NCBI GenBank assembly: GCA_040954595.2
Contig: CM082577.2
Coordinates: forward strand, 16,189,903 to 16,253,902
DNA from: Balanoglossus misakiensis
Taxonomy: Eukaryota; Animalia; Hemichordata
Direction of reading: 5' to 3'
DNA: 64,000 bases
The notes below the pieces were generated by a model. The model did not search any database, was not told the origin of the DNA, and saw only the letters and a list, made by a program, of their open reading frames with translations. This document shows, one piece after another, positions 1 to 12,270 of the stretch (the stretch's first letter is position 1; the number at the start of each line of letters is the position of its first letter). The position numbers and the translations under genes are program-made.

Positions 1-1
1 G

Positions 2-971
2 GATATAAGGAGAGGTTTTGGAGGTGGGTTATTCACTTTTAGGGTGAATAAAGCCTCCTTCAACCAGTATTATTCACAGCTCGTTGATGAATTCCATGAA
101 GGAGATGAACAGACACTTCACTACAGCAATGTAATTGGCCGACAAGATAGTACAAGTTATGTGGTAGTAGGCAAAAATGTAAGTATTCCAAACAAATTCA
201 ATATAAATATTGATAATTTCATGAATATGGAAAGCAAAAAAATAGTTTTAAAAGTGTATAATTTATAGTGAGCATAATGGTTCAGGGAGTTTTCACATTT
301 TATTTTTCACTGGAATTTAATAAATATTACTTGATAATCAAAAATAATAATCTTGACAATAATAGGGTTGCAGTACCCGTATTTTTTTGTAGTCAAATGA
401 AATGATTAAAATATAAAACTTTATGTAAGTAGAGATATTAATACCTATTGTATAATATTGACTTACATCAATCTATTGGGTGTGGGTATAGTCACCACAA
501 GTCCATCTGAGGAAAACATAAAATGCATCCAAAGTAAATAAATCATTCAACATTTTCATGATCACAGTAATTATTTATGGTAAACAGTAATTGTTTATGG
601 TAAGAATACATGTATTATTTGACTTTGAAAAACAAGTTTGTGTCTTCAAAAAAGAACTGCCAAGATTAAAGGTCTACTTGCAAAGAGCAAGTGAGCCATC
701 TTTCTATATTTAATTAAACTACATTTTATATGCTTATAATATTTATCAAATTATTAACATTATAATTTTTAGGTCCACTTTGATGCCGGGAAAGTACTAA
801 CACCAAACAAGTACCAATGGTATGTATGTGAAGAGGCCCAGAAATTTGGGTTATGTGTCCCAGCACAGGTTAACATACCAAAAATGGCTGGTATAATGGA
901 AATGGCCAACACAGCCTTCCTACGAAATGCATTTGCATTCCATATGGCAATGGCCTTTACAGTTGCTGCTG
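2..971 (+). CDS. Fragment of a spliced gene of unknown function (exons <2-178 and 773-971)
   Basis: Open frame to ...VVGKN|GTAAGT (donor at 179). Acceptor TTTTTAG|GTC at 773 continues in phase 0 (VHFDAGKVLTPNKYQW...AFHMAMAFTVAA) to a G|GTATG donor at 972. No further exons recognised. Confidence 0.5.
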
Positions 972-1408
972 GTATGAACACTTTCTTCGAAAATGGGAAG
1001 ATTTTATATACAATGTAGGAAAGGTTTTTAACTGTAGTTTACTAGTACTTCAATTTGTAATTATGCACAGAAAAAATTTAACAGAGAAATGTACCAAGGC
1101 AATATAAAATTCTAAGAGTGTTTAAGGGTGAGATGCAGTTTTGCTGGTGATTTTTATTGACCTTGATTCAAATTAGTACTTCTAAAAAACAAATAAACAC
1201 AGATAATATATATTTTTTGATTGCTCTTTATCACAGCTTTATGTTCATTTTACTGTACGACCGAAAATAAGTGTAGTATTGATGTGAAAATGTGAATTAT
1301 TTTATAATCTGTATTTTTCTTCCTACGTCTTAATATTGTTGTTTGTGATTACACTGTTGTTTTTTAAAATTGCTTCATTTTCTGTTTTACACCCAAGATG
1401 CTGTTTAA

Positions 1409-1545
1409 CCCTCTGCGCCCCAGAACCCCAGAAAGGCCTGAAACGGCCTAACTAATCACATTCCAGAATGCCCAATTAGGCCTGATACGGCCACGTACGT
1501 ACACAGTGCGGTAATCCCAATAAGGCCTGAAAAGGCCTGCACGTC
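1409..1545 (+). mobile_element. 5' end of a piggyBac-like non-autonomous element
   Basis: TTAA|CCCTCTGCGCCCC start followed by repeated AGGCCTGAWAMGGCC motifs. No matching right end found. Confidence 0.4.
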
Positions 1546-1871
1546 ATAAGGGTACACACAAAGTGATTACATCACTATTTCTAGCCGTGACAGCTATACA
1601 TAAATCACTGACACTTGTGAACATGTTGCCTACAAATGCATTTTCCCGCCCCTCTAATGAATAATCAATTGAATCATTGAACACTAGACTACTAAGTAAT
1701 CAAAAATCTGCTGATTATATGAAGAAGCGGGTGTATGGTGAAGAAAGTGTCAGGGCAATTCCAAAAAATAGGCAGCCTGCTCTATTAAGGTGATGAGAAT
1801 GCATAGGCCTGGATACCGGGGTGGGGGTGGGAGGGGGTTGCATTTTGTCTTTATTTATAGTGTGCATTTAA

Positions 1872-2301
1872 GGCTGCCGCACACAAGAGAAGTTAGCTGA
1901 GCAAAAAGTCATTCGAGGAATTTTGCTCAGCAATTTCCTTCCGTGTGCGGGCGATTTTTCCTGATCTTTTTACTTTTGCGCCGCGGATCACGATATTCAA
2001 CATGTTTGATATTTTTTCCTCGCGAGGAAAATTACTCACCGTGTGCGCCGAACAAAGTAATTTTACTCACGTATCTAGCCTAATTGCACATGCGCTGGCA
2101 TCACTTGACGACGATATAAGATGGCCGCCTCCACTGAAAGTGAGCATTGTAACTACATAAACGAAGCCGTCCTTGAAGACAAGTTGGTAGAACTATGGGC
2201 AGAGTTTCCGGTCCTCTTTAACGTAACATCGCCCGACTTTAAAAAACGTGACAAAAATGAGCATGCGCTCAAATAAATTGGAGCGCAACTTGGGAAAAAA
2301 G
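1872..2301 (+). pseudogene. Harbinger/PIF-like 5' end with a MADF (Myb/SANT-like) first exon carrying a premature stop
   Basis: TAA|GGCTGCCGCACAC terminus. ATG at 2121 reads MAASTESEH...LEDKLVELWAEFPVLFNVTSPDFKKRDKNEHALK*IGAQLG, matching the MADF pattern; TAA at 2274; G|GTAAG donor at 2302. Confidence 0.6.
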
Positions 2302-2940
2302 GTAAGAGTTAAAACTTTACGTGAAAATACATTTCCATTAATGTGCAACAAAATAACAACTCTCTACTGGCATTGTTACAATAAATGTAACTTGTACGTT
2401 CAAACACGTGACGTACACAAAGCACCAGTGAATGAATGCCGTTAACAGTCTACTCCAGACGTCCTGCAATTGTCTGCCTGTTTCTTAATGGCATATTACG
2501 TGAATAAATTACAAGCTCGTGCCGGTTTCGGGATATAAATTGCACATCGATTCATACAACCTTAAAAACTGGTATTTCCTACACTTTCATGCATGTAATT
2601 ACTAAGTTCTTTGACAACAAGAAGTACTTGCTTCTTTCAAAAAACACGCAGATACAACAAATCAGTGATCTCGGACAAGTTCAGCAACAAATACAGCAAC
2701 AAACCCAAACCACAACAGGTTATGTACAGTCAGTCAATGTCATCTTTAACTACCACTGTAAAAAATAATACCACATGTCCCTCCTACCGCCACACTTATC
2801 AGATGCAACACATGCAAAATGAAGCAAACTACCTCCAGTCTATTACCATATATGGTACTTAAACTGCTGTTGAGTAGCTCAGAACTAAAGTTTCATGTTC
2901 CTCATTCAGTTGTTCAAGATTTTCTCGACAGTGCATCGTG

Positions 2941-3242
2941 AGTGGTGACATCCGCCAACTCCCACCTGTACCCAATGCACTGTACAGTGATTTCGGCCAT
3001 TACGCATTTGAGACTGATGTGTGGAAAGTTGGCATACCACATGTCATCATCTTGTCAACAGTTATAGGCAGAAAGACTAAGATCTAATTCAAGCTGTCAA
3101 TGAAATAGCAGATGGGATGATGTCAGATTGTACAAACAATTTAATTCAAGACCACTACCATCAGGATGTCGACCAACTTATTTATATGCGTTAAATTATG
3201 ATGCGGATAAAGTCAATTCAGATTATTTACTTGAGTTACCTG
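2941..3242 (+). pseudogene. PIF1-family helicase fragment
   Basis: SGDIRQLPPVPN (GDxxQLPPV motif III) followed by a frameshifted RQKD*DLIQAVNEIADG (motif IV). Its 3' end is locally duplicated at ~3341-3437. Confidence 0.7.
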
Positions 3243-3842
3243 GTAAGTATTTTATTGGATGCAATAATTGTAACCTTGCGATGAAGGCACATATCACTGT
3301 ACTCTTCACAAAGAAAATTATTTAGGTAAAACATCAATTTTAGATTATTTACTTGAATTATCCGGTAAGTATTTTATTGGATGCAATAAAACTTGCATTG
3401 TTGAAACCTTGCAATGAAGGCGCATATCACTGTACTCCACAACAAACAGGACATTGACTCATGCATAATACTTACCTATCTAACTACGCTAAAAAAATAT
3501 GAAGACATGGGGTCCATAGAGTCCTGGAAAATCCTGGAAAGTCCTTGAATTTGATAGTGTTCCTGGAAGGATGCAATTTACCCCAGAAATACCTGGAAAA
3601 TAATCAATAAATAACAATGATTATTCATCGTGTTTATACAGATAATAGTATATGTAGGTCGTGTTAACTATATGATCTTACCGGTCAACACTTCTAAAAA
3701 ATCCAGATGTTTGTTTAAATACTCCTGGAAAACTAGTTGGAAACTCCTGAAATTTTATTTGATACCAGATCTAAGAACCTGGTGATGAGTAAGTGAATTA
3801 TGACATGTTCAATACTGAATGGTTTCCTGGTTTATTTTGTAG

Positions 3843-4332
3843 ACTAAACAACCTGACATGGCATCATAACAAAATCCCAGCTGAAGAAATCTGGCTGAAT
3901 ATCGGTGGTGACAAGGGAGGAGGAAGTTTCAAAGGAATGTTCCAGCTTGCAAATGTGAATCGTCCAAACAATAAACAGAATACAGTAGTCTACTGTCTTT
4001 TTGAAAGTGAGGACAGCTATTCTAATTTGTCCACAGCTTTGGGAAGGTTTAAGGAGCAAATCAATCAACTGAAATCATTAACCTGGAAGTAAGTTTATTT
4101 CTTAACATCGAACAAGTTTTGTGTAGAACTTCAATTATTTAAAGATATGTTATCAATACAATTTTGGAGTACATTGAAGTATGAGACAAAACACATATTT
4201 CTCACTAATGATGTTTTCTTTTATTTTGATTGGAATAGAGACAAAACATTCCGAGTATTTGCATTTGGAGACTATGAGTATCTTTGTAAAATGTATGGAC
4301 TCAGTGGTCCTAGTGGAAGGCATTTCTGCAAA
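3843..4332 (+). pseudogene. Chapaev/Transib(RAG1)-like DDE transposase fragment, two exons (3843-4088, 4239-~4332)
   Basis: IPAEEIWLNIGGDKGGGSFK...NTVVYCLFESEDSYSNL splices in phase 2 to FAFGDYEYLCKMYGLSGPSGRHFC, resembling the RAG1-core GYDEK...G..ASGS..C pattern. Truncated afterwards. Confidence 0.6.
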
Positions 4333-5694
4333 ATACAGAAACAGGGCACTGCTAAATTGTGCCAAACAAATGCAGTATGAGCTCATCAGTATGCCATCAG
4401 TGAGAGGAGACTTGCAAGATTTTCTTGCATTGCTAACACAATCAATAACTCCATAAGAAAGTGACAACACATGGATAGGATGGTTTATCCCCAAAGGATA
4501 TGGTTTATCCTGGAAAACACATTGGTGCGACATAAGGGTAAGAGTTGCAGTTTGCTGAACCACCAAATGAATGAAGGAGCACTTCAAAAAAATGACAAAA
4601 TATCAGCCCGTGAAGTCATCAAGCTTACAGATAAAAACACAAGACATAAACTCGTACGTGCCATAGCCACAAAATTGCAGGGATACTTCCCGTCAACCAC
4701 AGAAGTAATTTCAGCCAGAAGAAGATTCAGCAAAGAGTTTGCCTTCTACAGAAGACAGCAACTGGATATACTAAGGCTTGATATGGATTGTGTTACAACA
4801 CTCCTAGCCTGGCCTGTTATTTTATGTGTGAAAGTCACGACCGCCGTACCACGTTCAAATCAAGTTTACTTTACACTCCAATCTCCGAAAAAGTATGGCC
4901 GGATCAAAAGACCCCCTATATAGAACTGGCAGCAATTACTCAAAGGTGCGAATTTGATTGCTGAACACCCTACCCCCCTGGTGGACAGGATTTGGTGAGT
5001 GACACATCCTTGTCAAAGTCTACCTGCACAGGTACTTATTTAGAACATCATTTGGTAGAACAGGAGAATGTGCATCAAGTCGGAGGTAACACTTAACCGA
5101 CAACCGTCCCTATTCCCTCGACTTCGGGGTTCAAATTAACTGCCATTCATCATTGCCCATACATCCGAGTTCCTCGACCTCAACAGATTATGTCCATTCA
5201 GAACATTGGCCTCCAGGCTGTTGGTGTAACACGTAAAGAAACAAGTGATGAGTCAGAGAAGTTTTTGTAGAAGTGTAACTCTATGAAACGTGAGGGAAAT
5301 GGCAAAGTAAAGTCCACAGCTGAAGGAAGACTTAACCCTTTGCTGCCCAGGGCACCCTCATGCGCCCGACATGCGCTGCTGTCCACAGCACCCGTATCCG
5401 CCCGAGATTTCCTTCTTCCGGGTTTGGGAAATTCCATCCGGGATAGCACGCAAAGTACCCGCCTTTTGATTATGATAATGTGGTGACGTCTGGTTTATAT
5501 CCGGGACCTTACTTTGACGTCAATGAATATGTATGTTCCCATTGGATAAATTTGAATTACAATCGTTTGAAGTTGTTTGCCGCCTACGCGTCACGGAAAA
5601 TTATCATAACCGCTGACCTCTGTAGTGTAAAAATATTCACGTCGTGTACACTTTCCACTTTAACCTTTTACACGACCTATATTAAACAACAACA

Positions 5695-7404
5695 ATGGAT
5701 CCCGGCCGTGCTAATGCGGAAGTAATGAGGTTTCTTTTGGACGACGACGACGATGAAGAATTTCTCGGTTTTCCAGCGGAGGATACGGCCAGCGACATCG
5801 AAATCCGCGAAATCAACGATGCGCTGCGACAAGTTCTCGAGCTGGAGAATGAGAACGACTTAGAAGTCCCGGAAGATCTGCGTAACATCCCGTGGTCGGC
5901 CGATCTAGAAAATTTTGATTTACCAACGTTTCTCGTAGGCGAATCAGGGCCAAACCACAACCTGGCGGCAGGTTCTCAGCCTCTTGATTATTTTTTTTTA
6001 CTGATTCCGCCGTATTTTATACGACGCTTGGCAGAGGAGACCAACCGTTACGCCGATCAAAAACAGCGCGCGACGGGCATCGACCGCTATTGGTATGACA
6101 CAAAACCCGACGAAATCAAGGCGTTCATCGCGATCAATATTTTGATGGGAATACACCAGCTTCCCAACATCAACTTGTACTGGTCGACTGATGACAGGCT
6201 TCAGGTCCCGGGCATAACCAAAATTATGACCAAAAACCGTTATAAGAAGTTGTGTCAATACTTTCACGTCAACGATAACGAAGCCGACCAGCCAGCTGAA
6301 AACCCTCACCGAGATCGCATGCATAAGATCCGCCCGCTCCTCGACGTCATCCAGCTCACATTCCCGGCAAACTATGTCCCCTTTCGCGAGATTTCCATCG
6401 ATGAGGGAATGGTAAAATTTAAGGGGCATAGCTACATGATTCAGTATCTGCCAGCGAAACCAATCAAATGGGGGTTCAAGCTTTGGATCATCGCTTGCCC
6501 CCGTACCGGGTACTGCCTCAACATCGATCCGTACACCGGGAAGAAAGGTGGTCAAGTCGCCCAGAAAGGTCTGGGATATTCGGTTATTTGGCAACTGTCG
6601 CACATGTACCACAACATGGGGCACGTTTTATTTTATGATAATTTTTTTAGTTCAGTCGGGTTAGCCCTCGATCTGCTAAAATCGGGTACGCTTTGCTGCA
6701 GTACAGTTCGGCCAAACCGAGTTGGATTTCCCGTCGATCTCCGGAATGTAAAACTCGATAGCAACGCGTCAAAAACTCGCCAGTTTGGGAAGCTGACGGC
6801 AACTGTGTGGCAGGATAAAAGACAAGTTACCACACTTTCAACATCATCCCAGCCTGAGTGTGTAACAACAAGACGGCGAGCCGGAGAAGTGTCCTGTCCC
6901 AAGAGTATTGTTGACTACAACAAATATATGGGCGGTGTCGACCTTTCAGACCAACTCGCGACCTACTATCCTTTGGGCGGAAAGCACTTCAAGTACTGGA
7001 AGTACCTGTTTTGGTCCATTCTAAACAGGGCAATCTGCAACGCCTGGATTTTGTACAAGATTGCCAATATTCCAGCTCCAAGACGAAGATACCGCCAGCT
7101 GGATTTCCGCCTAGATCTGTGTACACAGTTGACAGCTGGATTCAGTGGTAGAAAGCGACCAGGGCCATCACCAGCTCCTGTCCTACTTCCAGCGTCGCTG
7201 AGTGCGGATAATTTTCCCGGCCACCAGTGCACAAAATTGGACACTTCCCGGCAAAAAAAGGGCTGTGTTCTTTGTGCTAAGCAAAAGAGGAAGACGCAGT
7301 CTGGCAGAGCTGTCCAAACAACGTGGATGTGCTGCAATTGCAGAGTAGCCCTTTGCAAAGTCGACTGCTTTGCAAAGTACCATGCCATCCAGTACCAGGC
7401 ATAA
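5695..7404 (+). CDS. piggyBac transposase (PGBD4-like), 569 aa, intact
   Basis: DDD triad SIDEGM / FYDNFF / GGVDLSDQ; KPIKWGFKLW and YNKYMGGVD motifs; acidic N-terminus; C-terminal Cys-rich domain CVLC...CCNC...LC...CF..YH. Confidence 0.95.
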   Translation: MDPGRANAEVMRFLLDDDDDEEFLGFPAEDTASDIEIREINDALRQVLELENENDLEVPEDLRNIPWSADLENFDLPTFLVGESGPNHNLAAGSQPLDYFFLLIPPYFIRRLAEETNRYADQKQRATGIDRYWYDTKPDEIKAFIAINILMGIHQLPNINLYWSTDDRLQVPGITKIMTKNRYKKLCQYFHVNDNEADQPAENPHRDRMHKIRPLLDVIQLTFPANYVPFREISIDEGMVKFKGHSYMIQYLPAKPIKWGFKLWIIACPRTGYCLNIDPYTGKKGGQVAQKGLGYSVIWQLSHMYHNMGHVLFYDNFFSSVGLALDLLKSGTLCCSTVRPNRVGFPVDLRNVKLDSNASKTRQFGKLTATVWQDKRQVTTLSTSSQPECVTTRRRAGEVSCPKSIVDYNKYMGGVDLSDQLATYYPLGGKHFKYWKYLFWSILNRAICNAWILYKIANIPAPRRRYRQLDFRLDLCTQLTAGFSGRKRPGPSPAPVLLPASLSADNFPGHQCTKLDTSRQKKGCVLCAKQKRKTQSGRAVQTTWMCCNCRVALCKVDCFAKYHAIQYQA

Positions 7405-7600
7405 AATGGCCCTTTGCTTTTCACGGCCAACAAACGGCCCTTTTCAGGGCCATCACTAGAAGTCACACTACTGTAAAAAAAATGTGACCCAAGCCAAACG
7501 GCCCTTTTCAGGGCCAACAAATCCTCCAAAAAGAGAATACCGAAAAATAAAAATGTAAGCACCCACTCTCAACAACACAAACACACACAAACGTATACAG

Positions 7601-7601
<1 letters not shown>

Positions 7602-7634
<33 letters not shown>
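7602..7634. repeat. (CA)n microsatellite in the piggyBac 3' region
   Basis: Direct reading. Confidence 0.9.
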
Positions 7635-7637
<3 letters not shown>

Positions 7638-8439
7638 GACAGAAAGAAGGAAAGGAAACCTTTAACTTAATAGTAAAAGGAAAGAAATTACTGTCAATAA
7701 TGTGAAAAACTGACAAAGAGACCTGTAATTTAGTTTTATTTATTCTCATTCAAAACTAATTTCCTCTTCACCTGAAACAGAAAGTGTAAAATGCACAAAA
7801 CCTGCTTTCCATGAACTATAGTTGAATGGAAACTTTCTGGACACATCACATGCCACACATCATTGAAACGGGAATTTTCAGAACTGTAAAATAAATTTTA
7901 CCTGCTACAGTCAATTCCCAACCATTTTTGAGCAAATTCTGGTAAAAACACACACCTAATTTTGATTGCACAATCTCACTAATTCAGTGAAAAGTTCTGG
8001 GCTCCACTATGCATTGTTATGCAAATGAGCTGTGCTGCAAAGGGTTAAAGGATAGTAATCAGCAACCAGTATCATTGTTCTCATCTATTGTACAGAACTT
8101 GCGACTCAAAGAAGAAAAGTTTACTGTCTTCACAAGTGCCAATGATGAAGAAATAGATCAACTGTAGGACCACCTTCACCAAATAGATGACAGTATACAA
8201 GAATCAAGTTCATCAAAGTGAGAATTGTTTGGCAACATCTTATTTGTTAGGCATGTTCCTAGAGGGAACCCAAAGTGCAAAGCAATTTGACATGCAGTTT
8301 TGCAACAATTTAAACAAAAATATTGTAACTCAAACAACTATAAGAAGCTTCATACTAAATTTCAAAGAAGTAAGCTATCACTTCAGAAATGAAGGTTTTT
8401 ACTAGTCATGTACCAATGTTCAAATCAATCTGACCAGTG

Positions 8440-8900
8440 TTGGTTGAGATTCTGAATTTTGACCAATTTCACATTTCCAAGTTAATTTGCATATTTTGGC
8501 AATGACAACTTTATTTGAACAAACTCCCATCTACAGCCTGATCGGCATCTACACGCCAAACATCGAGCTGATACGCGCAGCAGTTTTTAATTTTTTATGT
8601 GGACGGGCATCCATACATACATACAGGCGCAACTGATTCCACAAGGTGCCATGCTATATATACATACACCAAGTGGGACCTAAAATGGATGTTTTACCCC
8701 ATTTTAAGTCCCATTTGGTTTATATGTATATATGTACCATATATGATATTTGGTGTGCAGATGTATTACGGGCTGTAGATGTAAGTTTGTTCAAATGAAA
8801 TTGTCATTGCCAAAATATGCAAATTAGCTGGAAAAATCTGAATTTGGTCAAAACTCAGTAACTACTAGTCAGATTGACTTGCAAATTGGTGTGTATTTAT
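8440..8900. mobile_element. Two back-to-back fragments of a second HINE-like repeat family
   Basis: CATA microsatellite and ...GGGACCTAAAA head on the minus strand, then TAAGTCCCATTTGG on the plus strand. Same family as 30704-31100. Confidence 0.5.
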
Positions 8901-10122
8901 TGCTCAGACTTAAGGCTGGAAGAAAAAATAAATTGTTCATAGAAACTGCTGCTTCTACTTTGGCTGATTTGGAATTTTTTTATTTTTTTTGGATTGTGGC
9001 AAATTCTTACTTCTGCATTACAGGGATACCATGTGCAAATAAAACCGTCATTTCACCCCAACTATGCGCTCCAAAACTGATTTGGCATTAACACCAGAGG
9101 ACGTGTAGACCCTGAGCCAGTAGGGGTTTACCTCCCCCACCCCCCCCCCCCCCCCCCACCCCCAGGGAATTTTTGAGACAATGTTTTTCTGAAAGCCTAT
9201 CATATACTTAGTAAAATTCACTTTGTTTGCCATCTGGGCACCGGGGCGTTTTCGAGTTATTGGCTTCTAAATTATATTGGGTAACGTATGTAGAAATGCC
9301 TAAAAGTGCATATAAATTGACGTAGGGGGGTAATTTAGTCTTGTAAAATACTGTCTCTCTGAATGTATACCTAGAACAACAGGGAAGTATTTGGTATCAA
9401 AAGAAAGCTTAATAAACAAGCTTTCCATTAATTACAAAATAAAAGTGATATGGCAAATCATGACATCATAGTGACGTCCTAAGTCAAAATACCCTTACGA
9501 AAATGGTGTTCTGTTCACCTATAAATGTGAGGTTTTGCAAAACACGTCTCTGAGCAATTGTACTGATGAAAACTGTGATGTGTTTGGTATCAACAGAAAG
9601 CTGATTGAGTAAAGTATCTAATTATTGCAAAAAATTGATATAATAATCAATTACGTCATCATTACATCATACTTCCAAGTACCCTTACCAATTAGTGACT
9701 ATGATGACAAGTTATTACCTTCGGAGATAGGTGCCTTTAAATAAAAAAAATTGGTAAGGAAGGTTTGTGAGGTCCATTCTATGTAAAAAATGGTGCTGAT
9801 TCCAAAAAAGTCAGTCTTATTGACCCCACCCAAGACAAAATTGCCATTTTGGCACTTTTTAACCCAAAAAAGGTCATTTTTAGAAAACACTAAAAACACA
9901 CTGTTTTCATCACATTCGAAGATCTGATGACATATGATATGCCTATTCTATGTAAAAGTTGGTTGATATTACGACAAAAGCAGTCTGACTGACCCCAAAC
10001 GAGACAGAATTGCCTTTTTGACCATTTTTGCCCCAAAACGTCATTTTTAGACAAAACTTAAAACACACTCTTCTATTCATATTGATTGATTTGCGTGACC
10101 TTTACATCCTGGCACGATTTAA

Positions 10123-10419
10123 AGGGACAAAGTCATTCTCTCGCTGCCCTTTTCCATTAATTATGTTTGATACAAGACGCCGTTTATGTTATTCTACATG
10201 TGGATATATGGTGAATCAAGACTCGCCCAAAATGAATAAATGGTAAAGACTGATTATTCATTTTGGAGAGTTTTTCTTTTCGTGACTACTAGTGGGATGG
10301 AAGTGGTGTGTGGTTGAACGTTGATTCACTATTATCCATATGTACATTAACATAAACGGTGTCTTGTATATAAAACATAATTAATGGAAAAAGGGCAGCG
10401 AGAGAGAGACTTTGTCCCT
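10123..10419. mobile_element. MITE with ~100-bp TIRs and TTAA TSD (Kolobok-type ends)
   Basis: TTAA|AGGGACAAAGTC...GACTTTGTCCCT|TTAA; arms ~10123-10219 and ~10321-10419 are reverse complements. Confidence 0.8.
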
Positions 10420-10669
10420 TTAAACTCTGGATCAATCAAGGATCAATCAACCTTACTTACTGCATCTGTGCATTGTAAATCATCCCAAAACAACATTTTT
10501 GAATATTGTCTTTTACACAAAAGGGAACATGTTGTGTGTAAGGTTGAATTATGTATAAAGCCATACCAACAAAACACGGGTGTTTCTAAAACTTGTAATG
10601 AGCAGAACCTACAGTAATGACCATGAAATAGATCAAATAATTAATAATAAGCAATAACGACCAAAAAAT

Positions 10670-11010
10670 ATAGCTGCAAGCAGCAATAGCGGGCCCAAGT
10701 CAAAATAGCACATAGCAACATACGAGTAACCAGTACAGGTGAGTGCTTATTCTCACAAAATATGAAGTCTCAACGTCCTTAAGTTAGGAGCCAAAAAAAT
10801 GAACACTACACTAGTCTAGGTATAACATAAACTGTACCCCTATCCCTATTGGTTCACCTATAATTAGGTATGCATCATATAATTAATGAGATAAGCAGGT
10901 GACACAGGTGACCCCGAAATTTGGATTTTTATTTTAGTCCCATTCCTCCAAATGCCAAGGCTGTATCTGCTGTTGATGCCTAGATATGGTAAAGTAGGTC
11001 AAAGGTAACC
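10670..11010 (-). mobile_element. HINE-like element 3' fragment
   Basis: TATAGCTGCAAGCAGCAATAGCGGGCCCAAG tail plus one AAGTAGGTCAAAGGT-type internal unit. Confidence 0.6.
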
Positions 11011-12270
11011 TGTACAACATCTGATTGCTTTTTTAGATCCCCGAGAAACTAGATGCTGAGAGATGTCAATCAATTGGACACTCAGCAGCTGCATCAACAA
11101 GAGCTCGGTAGACATTGCATGGATTGATTCCTGGCTTCATTTAAGAGTTATGGGGTCAGCACTGACATGTCGGTACATTTGTATATATTTCTTGTAAATT
11201 TAGTTATTTTAAGTGTACACATCTGTATTTGAACATTTTATTTGTAAGTGTATATGAAGTTATTTTGTAGGTTGTAGTTATAGTTAATTATAGTATAGTA
11301 TAGTTAAAGGTTATTTCTGTTTGTTTGGTGTGTGTGTGTCATTCAATCAAAGTGTAGGGTACCTATATATAATATCACGGCCATACTGGTAAAAATTTCA
11401 AATGTTTCACAGACACTATTAGCGTTTTGTAAACACAGAGAATTAAAGGTTTATGAGCTGCAACTGGTTAAAAAAATTAAAGTTTTAAATAATCTCATAT
11501 ATGCTTTCAATTATGTCTAATATAACAAGCTCAACATATATTTATGACAAAATGGCCAAAAATTAAAGAAAAACAAAGATTCCTGCAATTTTTCAAACAG
11601 TGCAATATTGTCATGAAAAAAGAAAATATAATCCCTTACAAAAATGCCAACAAAGCAGCAGCTCTGCAGCAGTTCTGCTGTGAAGACATTCTGGTGCTCT
11701 TGCAGACACGCTGTGGTGTTCTCGCAGGGAGTGTCTCTGCAGCAGAGGCAATGCGGCAGGTCGCAACTAAATGTGGCTCTGCAGTAGAGGTGGTAATCCT
11801 TGCATTAAGGACACAAGAGCTTGCCGCAAAGTAGCCGCAAAGATGCAAGGCTTTTCTCTATGCAGAAATGATGCAAGAATAATTCTCAAAGGTACAAATC
11901 CATGCAGCAGGGACACAAGAATTGACCTTTTTATGATCTCCAACTTTGGTTGAACTTAATTGATATCAGGTGATGTGAAACAAAGCTAGTAATTGACCAA
12001 AGTCATTTTGCCGCCATTTTCTAAACTTGCAAGCATCAAACACAGACAAAGAGAAAAAACAGACTAGCAACACGGCATGTCCCTTTCATGTTATGTGCGC
12101 CTCGGTAAACAATGGCTGAGATAAGCTTCAAATGTGTCAGACTCCGCGGAGACCCGGGTTGGTCTCACGTATGTGTCATTATTGTACGATATTATGCGAC
12201 AATTGTGGCGAGATTTCCCAGAATACTTTGCGGTAGCGTCATTTTATCAACAGCAACCTGCAGCGTCAAC

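Larger units (their letters stand above)
5336..8044 (+). mobile_element. Full-length piggyBac DNA transposon
   Basis: TTAA at 5332-5335 and 8045-8048. Termini CCCTTTGCTGCCCAG and CTGTGCTGCAAAGGG form an imperfect TIR. One long ORF. Direct repeat CAAACGGCCCTTTTCAGGGCC at 7431 and 7495. Confidence 0.95.
5181..8200 (+). pseudogene. Decayed Zator-like transposase fragment (5181-5335 + 8049-8200) split by the piggyBac
   Basis: QIMSIQNIGLQAVGVTRK...PQLKEDL|KDSNQQPVSLFSSIVQNLRLKEEKFTVFTSANDEEIDQL reads across the TTAA site. It aligns by eye with RCMSILNLAIQHVALARR...PAFKEAFSESVEPV...MKLKDQPLSVHDAATDDEIDAM of the ORF at 57200. Stops and a frameshift are present. Confidence 0.65.

Noticed and set aside
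770-802. Apparent Walker A (DAGKST-like)
   Set aside because: The spliced frame reads DAGKVLT; GKST would need a frameshift.
4471-4923. 150-aa ORF
   Set aside because: No recognisable motif; probably a chimeric decayed fragment.
5682-7562. Long antisense ORFs (208 aa, 198 aa and others) over the piggyBac transposase
   Set aside because: Shadow frames of a GC-richer coding sequence; no motifs.
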